Positions 61,040 through 64,000 of a stretch of DNA of 64,000 nucleotides are shown here, piece by piece (position 1 is the stretch's first letter; the number at the start of each line of letters is the position of its first letter). The DNA comes from Terriglobia bacterium (GTDB taxonomy: Bacteria; Acidobacteriota; Terriglobia; Acidiferrales; UBA7541). The notes under the pieces are model-generated. The model made no database searches. It saw nothing but the letters and a program-made list of their open reading frames with translations, and had not been told where the DNA came from. The stretch spans positions 2,368,001 to 2,432,000 of the forward strand of contig OY968796.1 of the NCBI GenBank assembly GCA_963695545.1, read 5' to 3'. The position numbers were made by a program, and so were the translations under genes.

Positions 61040-62788
61040 CTACTCGACCTCCTTCGCGGTCAGCGCGCCGGTCAAGTTCGCTTGCGCTTCATCCTCGTGC
61101 TCGCCGACTTCCGCAAAGTTCCTGTCGAGGAGTGAATCGCCGCGGCTGGATCTCGCCACAATTTGACCGTCGCGCAGTACGGCGATTTCGTCTGCGACTC
61201 GCGCCGCCAGTTCAAGATCGTGTGTGATGAATAGATATGTAAGGCCACGGTTAGCCCGCAATTCGCGGAGCAGGTCGCTCAGCTGCGCCTGCAAGAGCCG
61301 ATCAAGGCCGGAAAATGCTTCATCGAAGATCATGAACTCCGGCTCGAGGATGAGCGCACGTGCGATCGCCAGCCGCTGTCGCTGCCCGCCGCTAAATTCC
61401 GCGGGCAGGCGATCTCCTTGCGAGCGACTCAGTCCAACTTGCTCCATCATCGCGAGCGCCCGCTCCCGCCGCTCCTCTTGCGTGCCGGCACTTTCGATCG
61501 TCAGTGGTTCGGAAACGGCTTGCCACGCGCGCATCCCCGGATTTATCGAGGAGACGGGATCTTGAAAAATCAGCTGGATGCGCCGACGGTGCCGACGAAG
61601 CGCAGCGTTTGGCATGCGAGTGAGATTTTCCCCAGCGAGCCATATCTCGCCGGCGTCGGGCCTGGTCAGCATCGCCAAGCAGCGGGCCAGAGTTGACTTC
61701 CCGGATCCCGATGGGCCCACGAGCCCCACAGCGCCGCCGCGCGCGACGCGTAGACTTAAATCGCGCAGCGCCGGCACGACCACGCGCTTTCGCGAAAACA
61801 GCTGACGCCGCGAATATAGCTTGTGAACGTTGCGCGCTTCGATCAAGGATTGCTCATCGATCGAACCGGCCGCGGAAAAACTTCCTGGCGCAAGATCCAC
61901 GCTGCGAGTGGAGCGGAAGTTGGAAAGCACACCACTTGCCGGATCGTCTCCGCGCCACAATCCCGACGCGAGCAATTCGCGCGTGTATGCGTGCATCGCC
62001 CACTTCGGAAGCTGTTGCCATTCGCCCTCTTCGACGATTCGCCCGTCGTGCATGACCAGAACTCTGCTCGCCAATCGCGCCAGGACTCGCGGATCATGGC
62101 TGATCAAGAGCAGCGCCATGCGAAAGCGATCTCGCAGTTGTGCAAGCAAATCGAGAATCTCCGCCTGCACGGCCCAATCGAGCGACGCTGTCGGTTCGTC
62201 CGCGACGACGATCGCGGGCTGGCATGCGAGAGCCTGCGCGATCAACACGCGTTGTCTTTGTCCTCCGCTCAATTGATGCGGATAGGCGTCAAAAAATCGC
62301 TCGTTTCCCGAAAGGCGCACCGCTTCCAATAACGATTGCGCCTGCTCGACGCATTTCTTTCCGCTCCATGATCGCTTGTGCGCACGGATCACTTCCGCCA
62401 CCTGTGTGCCAATACGCATCACGGGGTTGAGCGCCAGGTTCGGTTCCTGGAAGATCATCGAGATCTCGGCGCCGCGAATCTCGTCCATCTCTCGCTCGCT
62501 TAAGCCGATGAGTTCGCGATCTCGAATGCGAATGGATCCGCTCACGCGGCTCTTAACGGGAAGCACTTGGAGCAGGGCTAAAGCGATGGTCGTTTTCCCG
62601 CATCCCGACGCGCCCATCAGGCCGAGGCATTCCCCAGAGTTCACTTCGAAATTGATCTGGTCTATCGCGGTGTGGGGTGTGGCGCCTGCTGGCGAATAGG
62701 AGACGCTCAAATCACGAACGCGCAGCAGCGATCCCGCTGCGTGCGAGGCATCGGTCACGGCGACACGGTTGTGGCTTCCCAAGCCCAT
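61040..62788 (-). CDS. Fused double-domain oligopeptide ABC ATPase (OppD+OppF-like)
   Basis: Two Walker A motifs (GASGCGKT, GPSGSGKS) and two signatures (LSGGQRQR, FSGGQRQR). Start uncertain (62758-62809). Confidence 0.92.
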   Translation of the reverse strand: MGLGSHNRVAVTDASHAAGSLLRVRDLSVSYSPAGATPHTAIDQINFEVNSGECLGLMGASGCGKTTIALALLQVLPVKSRVSGSIRIRDRELIGLSEREMDEIRGAEISMIFQEPNLALNPVMRIGTQVAEVIRAHKRSWSGKKCVEQAQSLLEAVRLSGNERFFDAYPHQLSGGQRQRVLIAQALACQPAIVVADEPTASLDWAVQAEILDLLAQLRDRFRMALLLISHDPRVLARLASRVLVMHDGRIVEEGEWQQLPKWAMHAYTRELLASGLWRGDDPASGVLSNFRSTRSVDLAPGSFSAAGSIDEQSLIEARNVHKLYSRRQLFSRKRVVVPALRDLSLRVARGGAVGLVGPSGSGKSTLARCLAMLTRPDAGEIWLAGENLTRMPNAALRRHRRRIQLIFQDPVSSINPGMRAWQAVSEPLTIESAGTQEERRERALAMMEQVGLSRSQGDRLPAEFSGGQRQRLAIARALILEPEFMIFDEAFSGLDRLLQAQLSDLLRELRANRGLTYLFITHDLELAARVADEIAVLRDGQIVARSSRGDSLLDRNFAEVGEHEDEAQANLTGALTAKEVE

Positions 62789-63004
62789 TTGCACAAGCCG
62801 GCGTTGCACGAACGCAAATGCCGCGCCTAGTCATTGTTAAGGCTAAAAATTCCCTCCTTCCAAGTCCATAGAACGACTGTCTGAGTGCTAATGTCTTAAC
62901 TTTATACATAACCTTATTATTAGCACCATGGTGCATAGAGCCCTCTCGCGTGCGTCGCGGTCCGGCCGCGCTTGATCTGCATCGCAGAGAAGGCAAAGGA
63001 AGTT

Positions 63005-63718
63005 CTAGTTAGGGCCGTGACGCTGTGGGGATGCCACCGTTGCCTTTAACCCCTCCCGAGCGGCAGGCCGCGGGCCATCGGGAATTCGCCAAGCGGTGAC
63101 CACATAGCGACGCGGGGCGGAGCCGATGAAGTGAAATGGATAGCACGTGACGAGCGTGAGCGACTGCCGGCCTTGCGGGCGCAGGACCTCGATGTCGGTC
63201 GGGTCGACGATGGCGGTGGTCGCTACGCGATAGTGATATGTACCCCTCGGCGTTTCCACGCCGATTTCATCGCCCGGTCGCAGCGCTCCGAGGTTGCGAA
63301 AAAAAGTGTCGCGATGCCCGGCGAGCCCCATCGCGCCGGAGCCGTCCGGGAAGGAAGTTCCAGGAATGTGGCCGACGGCGCGACGCAACGTTGTTTCGTC
63401 ATCGCCTTCCAGAACTATTGCAGAGAGGCCGATCTCGGGGATCGTCAACTTGCCGAGTAACTCGTCCGGTTGCACCGCTTGCACCGCCGCGGCTCCGCGG
63501 CGTAACGCAGCGAGGCGACGCGCTTGCACGGCCTGAAAAATTAGCCTGTCTGCCGAGACGAAAAGGAACCAGCCGAGCCCCGCCACCGCGGCGACCCAGC
63601 ATAAATACTCGAGCCAGCGCAAAAAGTTATCCTGCCAGACGGAGGCATGCATCGGCGGAGCCGCGGCGATATCGCGGTCGGCCGATGCAAGCACGTGCAT
63701 GGAATCTCGCGTGGCCAT
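63005..63718 (-). CDS. Class D-like sortase
   Basis: N-terminal TM; GHIPGT, AGHRDTFF, LTLVTCYPF, PRRY (His/Cys/Arg triad). Confidence 0.92.
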   Translation of the reverse strand: MATRDSMHVLASADRDIAAAPPMHASVWQDNFLRWLEYLCWVAAVAGLGWFLFVSADRLIFQAVQARRLAALRRGAAAVQAVQPDELLGKLTIPEIGLSAIVLEGDDETTLRRAVGHIPGTSFPDGSGAMGLAGHRDTFFRNLGALRPGDEIGVETPRGTYHYRVATTAIVDPTDIEVLRPQGRQSLTLVTCYPFHFIGSAPRRYVVTAWRIPDGPRPAAREGLKATVASPQRHGPN

Positions 63719-63781
63719 GGCTTGAAGAGTGTCGCCGGGCGCCCCCAACAGCGCCGCCCGGCGACTCTCGGCGCGTCGTAC

Positions 63782-64000
63782 TTAAGCGCGCGCTCTGCGC
63801 CGAAGCACGAGTCCGACTGCCACGCACAGCAGTCCCGACAACCCAATTAACGGGAGCGAGCTGGCTGTTTGAGGCAATTGCGCCGAATTCGTGGTGGAGG
63901 TTGTAGGGTTGTCCGCAGGCGCCGGCGTTGCGGTGCTGTTGGCGTTGGTTTGCCCTGCGGATGTGTCTGGCGTCGTAGCGGGAGTCGAGCCAGTTTGAGG
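63782..64000 (-). CDS. C-terminus of a sortase substrate (LPQTA + TM + basic tail); partial
   Basis: Manual translation: PQTGSTPATTPDTS...NSAQ-LPQTA-SSLPLIGLSGLLCVAVGLVL-RRRARA*. Not in the ORF track. Confidence 0.88.
   Translation of the reverse strand, partial: PQTGSTPATTPDTSAGQTNANSTATPAPADNPTTSTTNSAQLPQTASSLPLIGLSGLLCVAVGLVLRRRARA

Noticed and set aside
62883..62928. Canonical CIRCE (HrcA operator)
   Set aside because: Half-sites are in reversed order and far more than 9 bp apart; there is no adjacent chaperone gene.

Overview
GC-rich bacterial chromosome segment. The gene content (ADOP-type permease, TonB receptor + TPR + CRTAC1 module, sortase with an LPxTA substrate in a diderm) suggests Acidobacteriota; this is inference. 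About 1-19 kb is core housekeeping: partial secA, mrp/apbC, a gamma-carbonic-anhydrase-like gene, hisS with a ~100-aa insertion, aspS, mutL, cmk, DUF885, rho and tig-clpP-clpX-lon, with lon frameshifted. A parS-like site lies at 2652. About 19-26 kb holds a hicB-hicA/glycosidase/MFS islet beside tRNA-Leu, two zinc-ribbon membrane paralogues, a DHH protein and a PilZ-like gene. After tRNA-Lys (26.3 kb) come a probable LacI-controlled beta-glucan utilisation locus (two GH30, GH1, TonB receptor) and a redox/detox cluster. From 50.8 kb a co-oriented cluster encodes an oligopeptide ABC importer, an ECF sigma factor, a TPR-CHAT protease, a soluble zinc anti-sigma, a secreted S8 protease and an HD-GYP protein, followed by a sortase and its substrate. 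The two best candidates for something undescribed are (1) this putative peptide-import / CHAT-protease / ECF-sigma circuit, whose S8 protease carries a QRTVAVLD tandem repeat differing only at synonymous sites, and (2) two copies of a ~300-bp AT-rich non-coding element with a built-in sigma70-like promoter and arrays of a 22-bp AA[GC]T-N14-A[GC]TT motif. All annotations are by eye, and no database searches were run.
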